Assembly: GCA_965215605.1 (NCBI GenBank)
Contig: OZ244070.1
Location: 3,712,001 to 3,776,000 of the forward strand
From: an uncultured Candidatus Binatia bacterium
GTDB taxonomy: Bacteria > Desulfobacterota > Binatia > UBA9968 > JAJDTQ01
Direction: 5' to 3'
Length of the DNA stretch: 64,000 nucleotides
Shown here: positions 47,673 to 56,302 of the stretch, piece after piece
How positions within the stretch are numbered: the stretch's first letter is position 1
Layout: each line of letters starts with the position of its first letter
The notes under the pieces: generated by a model
What the model was told of the DNA's origin: nothing
Databases searched by the model: none
The model's input: the letters and a program-made list of their open reading frames with translations, nothing else
Program-made: the position numbers and the translations under genes

Positions 47673-49496
47673 ATGAGGATCCATCGCTACACGCCCTGGG
47701 ATGGTTCCCAGGAAGTCCGTTTTCCCACTGCCAACGATCTGCTGAAGCAGCTCTCCGATACATTCCTGGAGGAAGAGGGCGTGCGCCGGGCGCTCCGAAG
47801 CCTGATGCGCCGGGGCTTCGAATCGGACGACGGCCAACGCTCGGTGCAGGGTCTGCGGGACCTGCTGCAACAGGCCGAAGAGAAGAAGCAGGACCTCCTC
47901 GACAAATACTCACCCGACTCCTTCAAGCTGTCCCCCGAAGAGAGCGAAGCGCTGAGCCAGAAGCTCAACGAACTGGCGGAGAAGCTCCAGGCGTATCACG
48001 AGCAGATGCGCAACTTCATGGAGCGGTTGTCCGGCCGGTACGCCGACAACATGGACGAGCTGGCCGAGCGGATGCGCCAAGCCCAGGAGCGATACCAGCA
48101 GCTCAAGGAGCGCCTCGGGGAACAGATCGACCAGCGCTCCATGCAACAGCCCCAGAGCCTCACCGGACCCGGAGCGCCGGACCTGTCCCGGATGCTGGAG
48201 CGGTTGAGCCGTCTGCTGGACGACGACGACTTCTTGAAGAACCTGCCGAACATGCTGGATGCCGCGGTGGAGGACCTCGACAACCTGCTGGAGAACCTCG
48301 ACTCGCTGAGCCAGCAGGAACTCCAGAAACTGAGCGACGCCATGTCCCAGATGGAGCAGCTCGAGCAGTTGTTGAGTCAGTATCCGTTCCAGGGAAGCCA
48401 GCGCATAGGCATGGGGGAGGCCGGACAGGTGCTGGGACAGCTACGGGGGCTGGAGCAGTTCCTGCGCTGGGGGCGGCGTGGTCTGGGGGACGTCTCGGAC
48501 CTCGATCTCGAGGCTATGCGCGACCTGCTGGGCGAGGAAGCCCACGAGCAGCTCAAGTACCTCCAGGGCGTCGAGCAGATGATGGTGGACGCGGGCTACC
48601 TGGTGCGGACCGGCGGCGGGCTGAGGCTCAGCCCCAGGGGCATGCGCCAGCTCGGTGACAAGGCCCTGAAAGAGATCTTCGCCCTCATGAACAAGAACCG
48701 TTGGGGGCAGCACGCCAGCGCCAAGACCGGCAACCAGGGCATGCGCCTGGAGGACACCCGACCCTACGAGTACGGAAACCCGCTCAACATCGACATCCGC
48801 AAGACCCTCCTGCACTCGCTGGAAGAGGGGAGGACCGGAGTTCCCGTCCGCGTTGAACCCCGGGACTTCCAAGTCTACCAGAACGAGTTCTCCACCGACA
48901 CGGAGACCGTGCTGCTCATCGACGTCAGCTACTCCATGCTGATGAACGACGCCCTGCACGCCGGCAAGAAGGTGGCGCTGGCGCTCAACCGGCTCATCGA
49001 GACCAAGTTCCCCCAGGACGTCCTTCACCTGGTGGCATTCCGCTCCAACGCCAAGATCATCCGCACCGAAGACCTCCCCTCCATCGTCGCCATCACCTAC
49101 TTCATGGAGCATGGCACCGATATCAAGGAAGCCTTGAGGTTCTCCCGACACCTCCTTGGAAACAATAGAGCCACTAACCGCCAGATCATCCTCATCACCG
49201 ACGGCGAGCCCACCGCCTGCAACGTCGACCGGGGCGGCCGCCTCCACAGCGGTTGGGGCTCGGCCCTGCTGCACGAACGCATCGTCCGGGAAACCCTCAA
49301 GGAGGTCCGGCGCTGCACCCAGAGCGGTATCCGCATCAATACCTTCATGCTGGGGATGGACTACTACCGCATGGGCTTCGTGGACCGGCTGACCCGGATG
49401 AACACCGGCCGCGTCTTCTACACCTCTCCCGACGAGATCGGCAACTACATCGTCGTGGACTACCTCGCCAACAAGCGGAAGCGCCTGCGGCGCTGA
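47673..49496 (+). CDS. VWA domain protein with long helical N-terminal region
   Basis: RYTPWDG N-terminus, MIDAS DVSYSM, GTD, ITDGEP. Confidence 0.85.
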   Translation: MRIHRYTPWDGSQEVRFPTANDLLKQLSDTFLEEEGVRRALRSLMRRGFESDDGQRSVQGLRDLLQQAEEKKQDLLDKYSPDSFKLSPEESEALSQKLNELAEKLQAYHEQMRNFMERLSGRYADNMDELAERMRQAQERYQQLKERLGEQIDQRSMQQPQSLTGPGAPDLSRMLERLSRLLDDDDFLKNLPNMLDAAVEDLDNLLENLDSLSQQELQKLSDAMSQMEQLEQLLSQYPFQGSQRIGMGEAGQVLGQLRGLEQFLRWGRRGLGDVSDLDLEAMRDLLGEEAHEQLKYLQGVEQMMVDAGYLVRTGGGLRLSPRGMRQLGDKALKEIFALMNKNRWGQHASAKTGNQGMRLEDTRPYEYGNPLNIDIRKTLLHSLEEGRTGVPVRVEPRDFQVYQNEFSTDTETVLLIDVSYSMLMNDALHAGKKVALALNRLIETKFPQDVLHLVAFRSNAKIIRTEDLPSIVAITYFMEHGTDIKEALRFSRHLLGNNRATNRQIILITDGEPTACNVDRGGRLHSGWGSALLHERIVRETLKEVRRCTQSGIRINTFMLGMDYYRMGFVDRLTRMNTGRVFYTSPDEIGNYIVVDYLANKRKRLRR

Positions 49497-49563
49497 CACC
49501 CATCTGCGGCGCCAAAGTGCCGTCCCGGGCCTGATCCGGAAACCAGAGGAGGGGGGAGGCGCC

Positions 49564-50736
49564 TTATTCCGTGACGAGGGCCAGCACTCCGGTGTAGGTG
49601 AGCAAGTGGTTGCCGCCGGCCATGGGGCCGATCTCGTAGTTGCCGAAGAAGCCGATCACCGGCACGTCGCCAAGCGCCTGCTTGATGTAGGCGGTGTCGA
49701 TGCCCGGGACGCCGTAGAGGCCGGTGCCGCGGGCGCAGCAGTTGAAATAGAGTCCCAGCCGCGGTTTCCTGCCCCCCAACCGGGTCCCCTGACGTTCCAG
49801 CATCTGCCCGAGGTCATCCCGCGCCCGTTGCCCGTCCCGGAGCGTGAAGATCAGCGGTTGTCCGGTTTCCACCGGCTGGGCCACCGCCAGAATGCCCCTT
49901 TGCGCATCCAGGCCGATGATGTTGCGGACCAGGTACTGCCCGGGTTCGATCCCCCCCTGTGCCGGGTCCGGCGGAAGCCCCACGAACACAAACGCCAGCG
50001 CCCGGCGCAGGTCCTGCTGGAAGGGTTTTCCGATCAGCTCGACGAACACCTCGAAGGCCGGGCGGCCGTCGATCTCGAAGATGAGGTTCTCCTGGGCCTT
50101 GGTGACGATCATGGGAGCGCTCACCGGCTGACAGCCCTGGGTAAGCTCGATGGTGGTGCCGCAGGCGCCCGACAGCGCGAAGCCCACCACGCTGTTGCTG
50201 GTCACCCGGTCCTCGTAGAACTGGTAGGTGCGGCCGTGGCCGGCGCTCTCCGACGCTCCCGCGCCAACAACCGGACCGGAGTGTCCCGCGCCCGCCATGC
50301 CGTCCAGCATGGCGTCGGGGCGGCTCCGGTAGCCGTCTGCCAGCAGCACGGTCAGGGAGGGACCGTCCGGCCCCACGGTACCGGCGATGTCCCGTCCCGC
50401 GGCATCGTCGTTTCCCTTGAGCGAGTCGCGGATAAAGGGGTGCGCCCGGACCGTATCGGAGGCCAGCGCCATCACCGCGACCCCGGACTCTCCCTCGATC
50501 TCGCCGCCGTCCGTAAGGATTCCCAGGGCGCTGCAACCCACGGTGTTGCGGGTGCCGCTCACCTGATGGAGTGTGGCCAGCTCCTGCTCCAGGGCGCCGG
50601 CATGGTCGGCCGTGGCGTACAGCAGCACCAAGTCGGCGTTGCCGTCCGGCAGGCCGTCCATGGCGAGTCCGGCCGCTTCCTCCACCGCGGCCCGGGTATC
50701 CGTCCGCGGTGACTGTCCGACTCCGGCATTCAGCAT
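49564..50736 (-). CDS. FIST (FIST_N/FIST_C) sensory-domain protein
   Basis: VGCS, TQGC.P, IDGRPA, VRNIIG, FNCCARG and GFFGNYEIGP motifs. Confidence 0.88.
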   Translation of the reverse strand: MLNAGVGQSPRTDTRAAVEEAAGLAMDGLPDGNADLVLLYATADHAGALEQELATLHQVSGTRNTVGCSALGILTDGGEIEGESGVAVMALASDTVRAHPFIRDSLKGNDDAAGRDIAGTVGPDGPSLTVLLADGYRSRPDAMLDGMAGAGHSGPVVGAGASESAGHGRTYQFYEDRVTSNSVVGFALSGACGTTIELTQGCQPVSAPMIVTKAQENLIFEIDGRPAFEVFVELIGKPFQQDLRRALAFVFVGLPPDPAQGGIEPGQYLVRNIIGLDAQRGILAVAQPVETGQPLIFTLRDGQRARDDLGQMLERQGTRLGGRKPRLGLYFNCCARGTGLYGVPGIDTAYIKQALGDVPVIGFFGNYEIGPMAGGNHLLTYTGVLALVTE

Positions 50737-50742
50737 GGCGTC

Positions 50743-50771
50743 AGGGTATGCAAAGCCGGGCCGCGGGTCAA
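50743..50771 (-). promoter_or_regulatory. Putative leaderless promoter of the FIST gene
   Basis: Minus strand TTGACC-N17-TACCCT-N6-ATG. Confidence 0.55.
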
Positions 50772-50838
50772 CGCCGGCCGGCGCCCGCCGAGCGTAGCAC
50801 CTGTGGTCCGGCGCCCCGCGTTTTGCTATAAAGGCGCC

Positions 50839-51609
50839 ATGAGAATCGTTCAGCTACCGTTGCTGCAAGACAATTACGGCTACCTCGTGATCTGCGAAAA
50901 GACCAACAAGGCCGGCATCGTGGATCCCTCCGAGGGCGAGCCGGTATGGCGCCGGGTGCAAGAGGAAGGGGTGGAGCTTGCCGCCATCCTCAACACCCAC
51001 CATCACCGGGACCACACCGGCGGAAACGAATACCTGCTCCAGCAGAAGCCGGGGCTGGAAGTGTTCGGCGCCAAGGTGGACGAGGAACGCATCCCGGGCA
51101 TCACCCATCCGCTCATGGAAGGCGACGAGGTGCAGGTGGGGGAAGAGCGCGGGACCGTGCTGTTCATTCCCGGACATACCCGCGGCCACATCGCGTTCGT
51201 GTTTCCCGGCAAGCTCTTCAGCGGCGACGCCCTGTTCGCGGGCGGGTGCGGCCGGGTCTTCGAAGGGACCCCCGAGCAGATGACCGCTTCCCTCGGCAAG
51301 CTGCGGGGTCTTTCCGGGGAAACGCTTGTCTACTGCGGCCACGAATACACCGAGAAGAACCTCCGGTTCGCGCTCACCGTGGAACCCAACAACGAAAAGG
51401 TCCGCCGGAGGCTGGAGGCGGTACAGGAGCTTCGGGCAAAGGATCGGTTCACGGTTCCGTCCCGGCTCGGCGACGAGCTCGAGACCAATCCGTTTCTCCG
51501 CTGGGAAAGCGACGAGATCAAGGCCGGCCTTTCCGAACGCTTTCCCGGTCAGGGAACGGACCCGGTGTCGGTGTTCGCGAAGGTCAGGGAGCTCAAGGAC
51601 GCCTACTAG
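50839..51609 (+). CDS. gloB: Hydroxyacylglutathione hydrolase (glyoxalase II)
   Basis: DNYGY, THHHRDHTGG, PGHTRGH, GCGR, CGHEYT and TNPFLR motifs. Confidence 0.94.
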   Translation: MRIVQLPLLQDNYGYLVICEKTNKAGIVDPSEGEPVWRRVQEEGVELAAILNTHHHRDHTGGNEYLLQQKPGLEVFGAKVDEERIPGITHPLMEGDEVQVGEERGTVLFIPGHTRGHIAFVFPGKLFSGDALFAGGCGRVFEGTPEQMTASLGKLRGLSGETLVYCGHEYTEKNLRFALTVEPNNEKVRRRLEAVQELRAKDRFTVPSRLGDELETNPFLRWESDEIKAGLSERFPGQGTDPVSVFAKVRELKDAY

Positions 51610-51688
51610 GCCGCCCCGCGGCCGCGCCGATTCCGGTCAGGCGCCGCCGTGCGCTGCCTTGTCGAACCAACGCCTTTCCTCGGTTCAT

Positions 51689-51758
51689 CGTCACCCCGGT
51701 CATACCATTGCGTCATCCGGGTGCATCTTGTGTCATCCCGGGCCTGACCCGGGATCCA
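51689..51758 (+). repeat. CGTC-type REP-like palindrome preceded by two degenerate half-copies
   Basis: TGTCATCCCGGGCCTGACCCGGGATCCA at 51731; CGTCACCCCGG at 51689; CGTCATCCGGG at 51711. Confidence 0.65.
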
Positions 51759-51811
51759 GAAGGACGACCCGCGTCGTATCCCGAGAAACGACAGCGATCT
51801 GGAGGTAACCG

Positions 51812-52678
51812 ATGCGGTTTGCGACTCTGAAGAACGGCAGCGTGGCGGCAATTCCGTCCGACGGCAAGATGGTCCTCCTGGACGGCATCTGCAATTCCAT
51901 GGCGGATCTCGCGGCTTCCCATGAAACCAACCGAGCGGCGGTCGAGCGGGCCGTTTCGGAAGGAAGCCCGGCAAACCTCGACGGCGCGCAACTGGCGGCT
52001 CCGGTGCCGGCGCCCTCGAAGATCTGGGCCGCCGCCGGCAACTACCATCGCGGCAGCAAGAACCTCGCCAGCGCCGGCGGGCGGGGGGAGACCCGGGAAA
52101 CCCCGCCGGACGAGCTGCTCGAGCACATCTTCCTCAAGCCGCCGTCGGCGGTCGTCGGTCCGGGGGAGAAGATCCTCATCCCGCCCAACGCCGAGACCGT
52201 TTTCCCCGAGCTGGAGTTGTGCGCCGTCATCGGCAGGGAAAGCCGGGACCTGTCGGTGGAGGAAGCCCTGGACGCCGTCTTCGGCTACAGCGTCATCCTG
52301 GACGTCACCGCCCGGGGATACGGCTCCGGAAGGAACCTCATGGGCACCCGTTGCGTGCGCAAGGGGTTCGACACCTTCGCCCCGGTGGGCCCCTGGATCG
52401 TCACCCGTGACGAGATACCCGACCCGCAAGCCCTGGAGATGCGGCTGTGGGTGAATGACGACCTGCGGCAGTCCGCCAGCACCGGCGGCATGATCAACGG
52501 CGTGGCCCGCCTGGTGAGCTACCTCTCGCAGGTGGGGACCCTTTTTCCCGGCGACCTCATCGCCAGCGGCAACCCGGACGCCCCCGCCTTTCAGAAACAA
52601 CTGGCCGAGGGCGACGAGCTGGTGGCGGAGATCGACGGGATAGGGCAGCTCCAACTCGGAGTGGCCCGCGCGAGCTAG
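51812..52678 (+). CDS. Fumarylacetoacetate hydrolase family protein
   Basis: GNY, FLKP, ELEL, DVTAR, KGFDTFAPVGP and PGDLIASG motifs. Confidence 0.9.
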   Translation: MRFATLKNGSVAAIPSDGKMVLLDGICNSMADLAASHETNRAAVERAVSEGSPANLDGAQLAAPVPAPSKIWAAAGNYHRGSKNLASAGGRGETRETPPDELLEHIFLKPPSAVVGPGEKILIPPNAETVFPELELCAVIGRESRDLSVEEALDAVFGYSVILDVTARGYGSGRNLMGTRCVRKGFDTFAPVGPWIVTRDEIPDPQALEMRLWVNDDLRQSASTGGMINGVARLVSYLSQVGTLFPGDLIASGNPDAPAFQKQLAEGDELVAEIDGIGQLQLGVARAS

Positions 52679-52713
52679 CCGGGACTTGTCCGGGCCGACG
52701 GGGAGACCGGGAG

Positions 52714-53193
52714 ATGAACGAGGCGTTGTCGTTTCAGGACCAGGGCGCCACCACCCTGTGCTACGGCTGCGGTCCGGCCAATGAGATGGGGTTCCGGATC
52801 AAGAGCCGTTGGGACGGCGAGGACGCGGTAGGCACCTGGACCGCGGAGCCGCACCACTGCGGCGGCACCCGGGAGGTGGTGAACGGCGGCGTCATCGCGA
52901 CCCTGCTCGACTGCCACAGCATGAACCTCGCCATCGCCCGGGCCTACCGGGACGAGCAGCGCGACATCGGCAGCGCGCCGCGGGTCTTCTTCGTCACCGC
53001 CAACATGACCATCAACTACCGGCGCCCGACGCCCCTGGGGAAACCCCTGGAGCTGCGCGCCAGCATCCGCAAGGTCCAGGGGCGGAAGACCTTCCTGACC
53101 TGCACCGTGAGCTGCGAACGGCAGGTCTGCGCCGACGCCGAGGTGCTGGCGGTCCGGATTCACCGGGACGAATCCGTCGAGCCCACCCGTTAG
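52714..53193 (+). CDS. PaaI family hotdog thioesterase
   Basis: CYGCG..N..G, NGGVIATLLDC and YRRPTP motifs. Confidence 0.85.
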   Translation: MNEALSFQDQGATTLCYGCGPANEMGFRIKSRWDGEDAVGTWTAEPHHCGGTREVVNGGVIATLLDCHSMNLAIARAYRDEQRDIGSAPRVFFVTANMTINYRRPTPLGKPLELRASIRKVQGRKTFLTCTVSCERQVCADAEVLAVRIHRDESVEPTR

Positions 53194-53930
53194 AGTTTGC
53201 CCGCCCGCAGGTGCGACCAGAACGAAAGCCCCAGGTAGTAGGCGGGGAAGAACAGCGAGGCCAATACCAAGTGATGGGGCGAGTCCGGTAACAGATACAC
53301 CACCACCAGGCAGAGCACGCCCCAGACGATCCCCAACGTGAGGGTCAGGCCCTGCAGGAAAGCGTTACGGCTGGGATACAGGTAACGGATGGGCACGAAG
53401 ACCATCACCGACAACACGATGACCAGCAGTCCGTTGAACCACGGACCCCAATCCAGCACGAAGCAGTAGAACGCCACCACGTTCCAGTACGAGGGAAACC
53501 CCAGAAAGTAGTGGTCGGGAGTCTTGGCGTCGGCCTGCGAGAATCCGTAGGCGCTTGCCAGCAGTGGCAGGCAGACGATCCAACCGCCGTGACCAGCCGG
53601 CAGCAGCTCGGCCCAAAGCAGCAGAAAGCAGGGGACGAAGACGTAGTTGAGGTAGTCGACGATGTCGTCCAGGCGGGCGCCGTCCACTCCGGGGACCACT
53701 TCCTTCACTCGCGCCGCCCGGGCGAAGGTCCCGTCCGTGGCGTCGAGAATCAGCGCCAGCCCCATGAGCGCCAGCGCCTCGCGGTAGCGATTCTGGGCTA
53801 TCAGCGCCAGGGTGAATACCGCCACCACCGCCCCGAGGGCGGTGTAGATGTGTACCAGCCAGGCAAGCAGCAATCGCAGGAGCCGTCTCCGGTGTCTCGC
53901 AGTGGCGCGGGGCGTGGGCGCGGACGTCAA
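53190..53930 (-). CDS. pcs: Phosphatidylcholine synthase (CDP-alcohol phosphatidyltransferase)
   Basis: AWLVHIYTALG, DATDGTFAR..RVKEV.P..DG..LDDIVDY, FLGFPSYWN; TTG start overlaps the upstream stop. Confidence 0.8.
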   Translation of the reverse strand: MTSAPTPRATARHRRRLLRLLLAWLVHIYTALGAVVAVFTLALIAQNRYREALALMGLALILDATDGTFARAARVKEVVPGVDGARLDDIVDYLNYVFVPCFLLLWAELLPAGHGGWIVCLPLLASAYGFSQADAKTPDHYFLGFPSYWNVVAFYCFVLDWGPWFNGLLVIVLSVMVFVPIRYLYPSRNAFLQGLTLTLGIVWGVLCLVVVYLLPDSPHHLVLASLFFPAYYLGLSFWSHLRAGKL

Positions 53931-54895
53931 AGGGGCAGGTCCAGCTTCCTGATGCTCTCGATGTAATCCTCGATGCCCCGCTCCAGGTCGTATTGCGGCG
54001 AGTAGCCCAGTTGCTCCCGTGCCTTGCCGATATCGAAGATGCAATAGCTCTGCTTGTAGCCTTCCCGGAAGTCGAGGCCGGAGCCGATGTCGATGCGCGA
54101 ATCGGGAAAGAGGCGTTTCAGCACGGCGGCGAAGTCCTTGAGGGTGACGCCCCGGGCGGTGCCGACGTTGAAGGTCCATTGGGTGAGACCCTCGGCGTTG
54201 AGGGCCAGCGCGACGGAATGGGCGACGTCGCCGACGTAGACCACGTCGTTGCGCTGGTCGCCGCCGCGGGGGATGGAAAACTCGCGTCCGGCCATGGCGT
54301 CCTCGATGACCTTGCCGTAGAGGGCGAGGACGCCGTGACGGGCCAGCTTGCCCGGCCCGTAGATGGAGGGGTAGCGCAGCGCCACGAACTCGATGCCGTG
54401 GCGTTTGCGGTAGTAGTTGCCCAGGGTCTCGGAGCAGACCTTGGTGACGCCGTAGATATCCGCGGGATTGGGCGGCAGGGATTCGTCCAGGGGCACGAAA
54501 TCGGGATGGCCGTGCTTGCCGCTCACCGTGCCGACAAAGGCGTTGGAACTGGTGTAGACCACGCGCCGGATGTTGCAGGCGCGGGCCGCTTCCAGCACGT
54601 TCAGGGTGCCGTCCACGCCGATGGCGATGGCCAGGCTCGGATTGGCCTCGGCGGCGCCCGGCATCAACGCCGCCATGTGCGCGATGTGGGTGATGCCGTG
54701 GGCCGCCACGAGTTCCTTCAGCCCGGCGCCGTCCAGGATGTCGCCGGTCACCACCTCCACTGCGTCCGCCATGTCCGCGATCAGCGACATGTCCACGCGA
54801 TTGTCCAGCAGCACGGGCCGGTGCCCCCGGGACACCAGGAGACGCGCGGTGGCGGCGCCGTTCACGCCGGTTCCGCCGGTAATCAGGATCTTCAT
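53927..54895 (-). CDS. NAD-dependent epimerase/dehydratase (extended SDR)
   Basis: ITGGTGVNG, YGVTK, LRYPSIYGPG and YVGDVA motifs. Confidence 0.9.
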   Translation of the reverse strand: MKILITGGTGVNGAATARLLVSRGHRPVLLDNRVDMSLIADMADAVEVVTGDILDGAGLKELVAAHGITHIAHMAALMPGAAEANPSLAIAIGVDGTLNVLEAARACNIRRVVYTSSNAFVGTVSGKHGHPDFVPLDESLPPNPADIYGVTKVCSETLGNYYRKRHGIEFVALRYPSIYGPGKLARHGVLALYGKVIEDAMAGREFSIPRGGDQRNDVVYVGDVAHSVALALNAEGLTQWTFNVGTARGVTLKDFAAVLKRLFPDSRIDIGSGLDFREGYKQSYCIFDIGKAREQLGYSPQYDLERGIEDYIESIRKLDLPL

Positions 54896-54950
54896 GTCAC
54901 CTCACGCTTAGCCGCTTACGGCCCCTCATGCAATACGTTATATTCGAACG

Positions 54951-55691
54951 ATGATGTACCGGACCCAGCCCGCCCACGACTCCTTCAGCTTCGGCCAAGA
55001 AGTGACGCCGGCGGTCAAGTGGCTGCTGATCGTCAACATCGTCGTATTCGTCTTCCAGTTGCCTTTTCTCGGCGGACGCCCGTTGCTGTGGATATTCGGC
55101 CTGGTGCCGCCACTCGTCTGGAACGAGTTCCAGATATGGCAGCTCTTCACGTACCAGTTCCTCCATCTCGGGCTCTTCCACATCCTGTTCAACATGCTGG
55201 CGCTGTGGATGTTCGGGTGCGATCTGGAGCGGGCTTGGGGGACGCGCTTCTTTCTCAAGTACTACTGGGTCAGCGTGGTCGGGGGAGGCCTCTGCGTACT
55301 GTTCCTCGAGCCGGACCAGGCCATCCCCACCATCGGAGCCTCCGCCGGCATCTACGGCGTGTTGCTGGCCTACGCACGGCTCTATCCCAACAACGTGATC
55401 TACCTCTACCTGCTGTTCCCCATCCGGATGAAGTACTTCGTGCTCATCATCGGGGCCATCGCGTTCTTCTCCTCCATCGGTCCCGGCAACTCGGGCATCT
55501 CCCACCTCGGCCATCTTGGCGGCATGCTGTTCGGCTACATCTATCTCCGCTGGGGCTACATGTTGAACCCGAGGCGCTCGTGGGGCACGGTCCGGCACGA
55601 GTACCATCGGTTGCGTCTGGCCCGGCTCAAGCGGCGATTCAGGGTCATCGAAGGCAGGCAGCGGGACGACGAGCCGCCGACGCTGCACTGA
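54951..55691 (+). CDS. Rhomboid family intramembrane serine protease
   Basis: TYQFLH, HILFNM, GAS and HLGG motifs. Confidence 0.92.
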   Translation: MMYRTQPAHDSFSFGQEVTPAVKWLLIVNIVVFVFQLPFLGGRPLLWIFGLVPPLVWNEFQIWQLFTYQFLHLGLFHILFNMLALWMFGCDLERAWGTRFFLKYYWVSVVGGGLCVLFLEPDQAIPTIGASAGIYGVLLAYARLYPNNVIYLYLLFPIRMKYFVLIIGAIAFFSSIGPGNSGISHLGHLGGMLFGYIYLRWGYMLNPRRSWGTVRHEYHRLRLARLKRRFRVIEGRQRDDEPPTLH

Positions 55692-55721
55692 TCGGCGCTC
55701 CCGCCGGACAGCGGAAGGGAT

Positions 55722-56141
55722 TCACTCCGCGGGGTCGGGACGGCGCGACTTCTTGAGCCGGCTCCGTTTGCGCTTGTCGTCGAGGCGCCGTTGCCGGGAG
55801 CCCGCGGTGGGCCTGGTGGGCCGGCGCGGCGCCGGTTTCTCGGCGGCCTTGCGGATCAGGCCGGCCAGGCGCTCCAGCGCATCCTCCCGGTTGCGCGACT
55901 GGTCGCGGTAGCGCTTGGCCTCGATGGTCAACACGCCGCTCTTGTCCACCCGCCTGCCGGCGACGCGCACCAGACGTTGTCTCACCTCCTCGGGCAGCGA
56001 AGGGGAATCGACGATCCCGAACCGGAGCTGCACCGCGGTGGCGGTCTTGTTCACGTTCTGCCCGCCGGGACCCGAAGCCCGGATGAAGCGCTCTTCGATC
56101 TCGCCTTCGTCCAGGCTTATCCTGTTGGTGATCCGCAGCAT
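55722..56141 (-). CDS. arfB: Alternative ribosome rescue factor B (peptidyl-tRNA hydrolase)
   Basis: RASGPGGQNVNK and basic tail RRPTRPT...RRLDDKRKRS. Confidence 0.95.
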   Translation of the reverse strand: MLRITNRISLDEGEIEERFIRASGPGGQNVNKTATAVQLRFGIVDSPSLPEEVRQRLVRVAGRRVDKSGVLTIEAKRYRDQSRNREDALERLAGLIRKAAEKPAPRRPTRPTAGSRQRRLDDKRKRSRLKKSRRPDPAE

Positions 56142-56302
56142 CGATTCTTCCTTCTTCGGCGGTTGTATCCCGCGCCGTTTCCGGCATCATCTTCTGTGTA
56201 ACAGACAGCGGACGGCACACGAACCCTGTCCCGCGAGGAACCTCACGGAACGCCGCGCCTCGGGCGCGCCGGAGTTGAAACCCGCACCTGCAAGGAGGGC
56301 CC

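Noticed and set aside
51689-51758. Possible mini CRISPR array
   Set aside because: The units are only ~21 nt apart and degenerate, with no spacers or cas genes. REP fragments explain them better.
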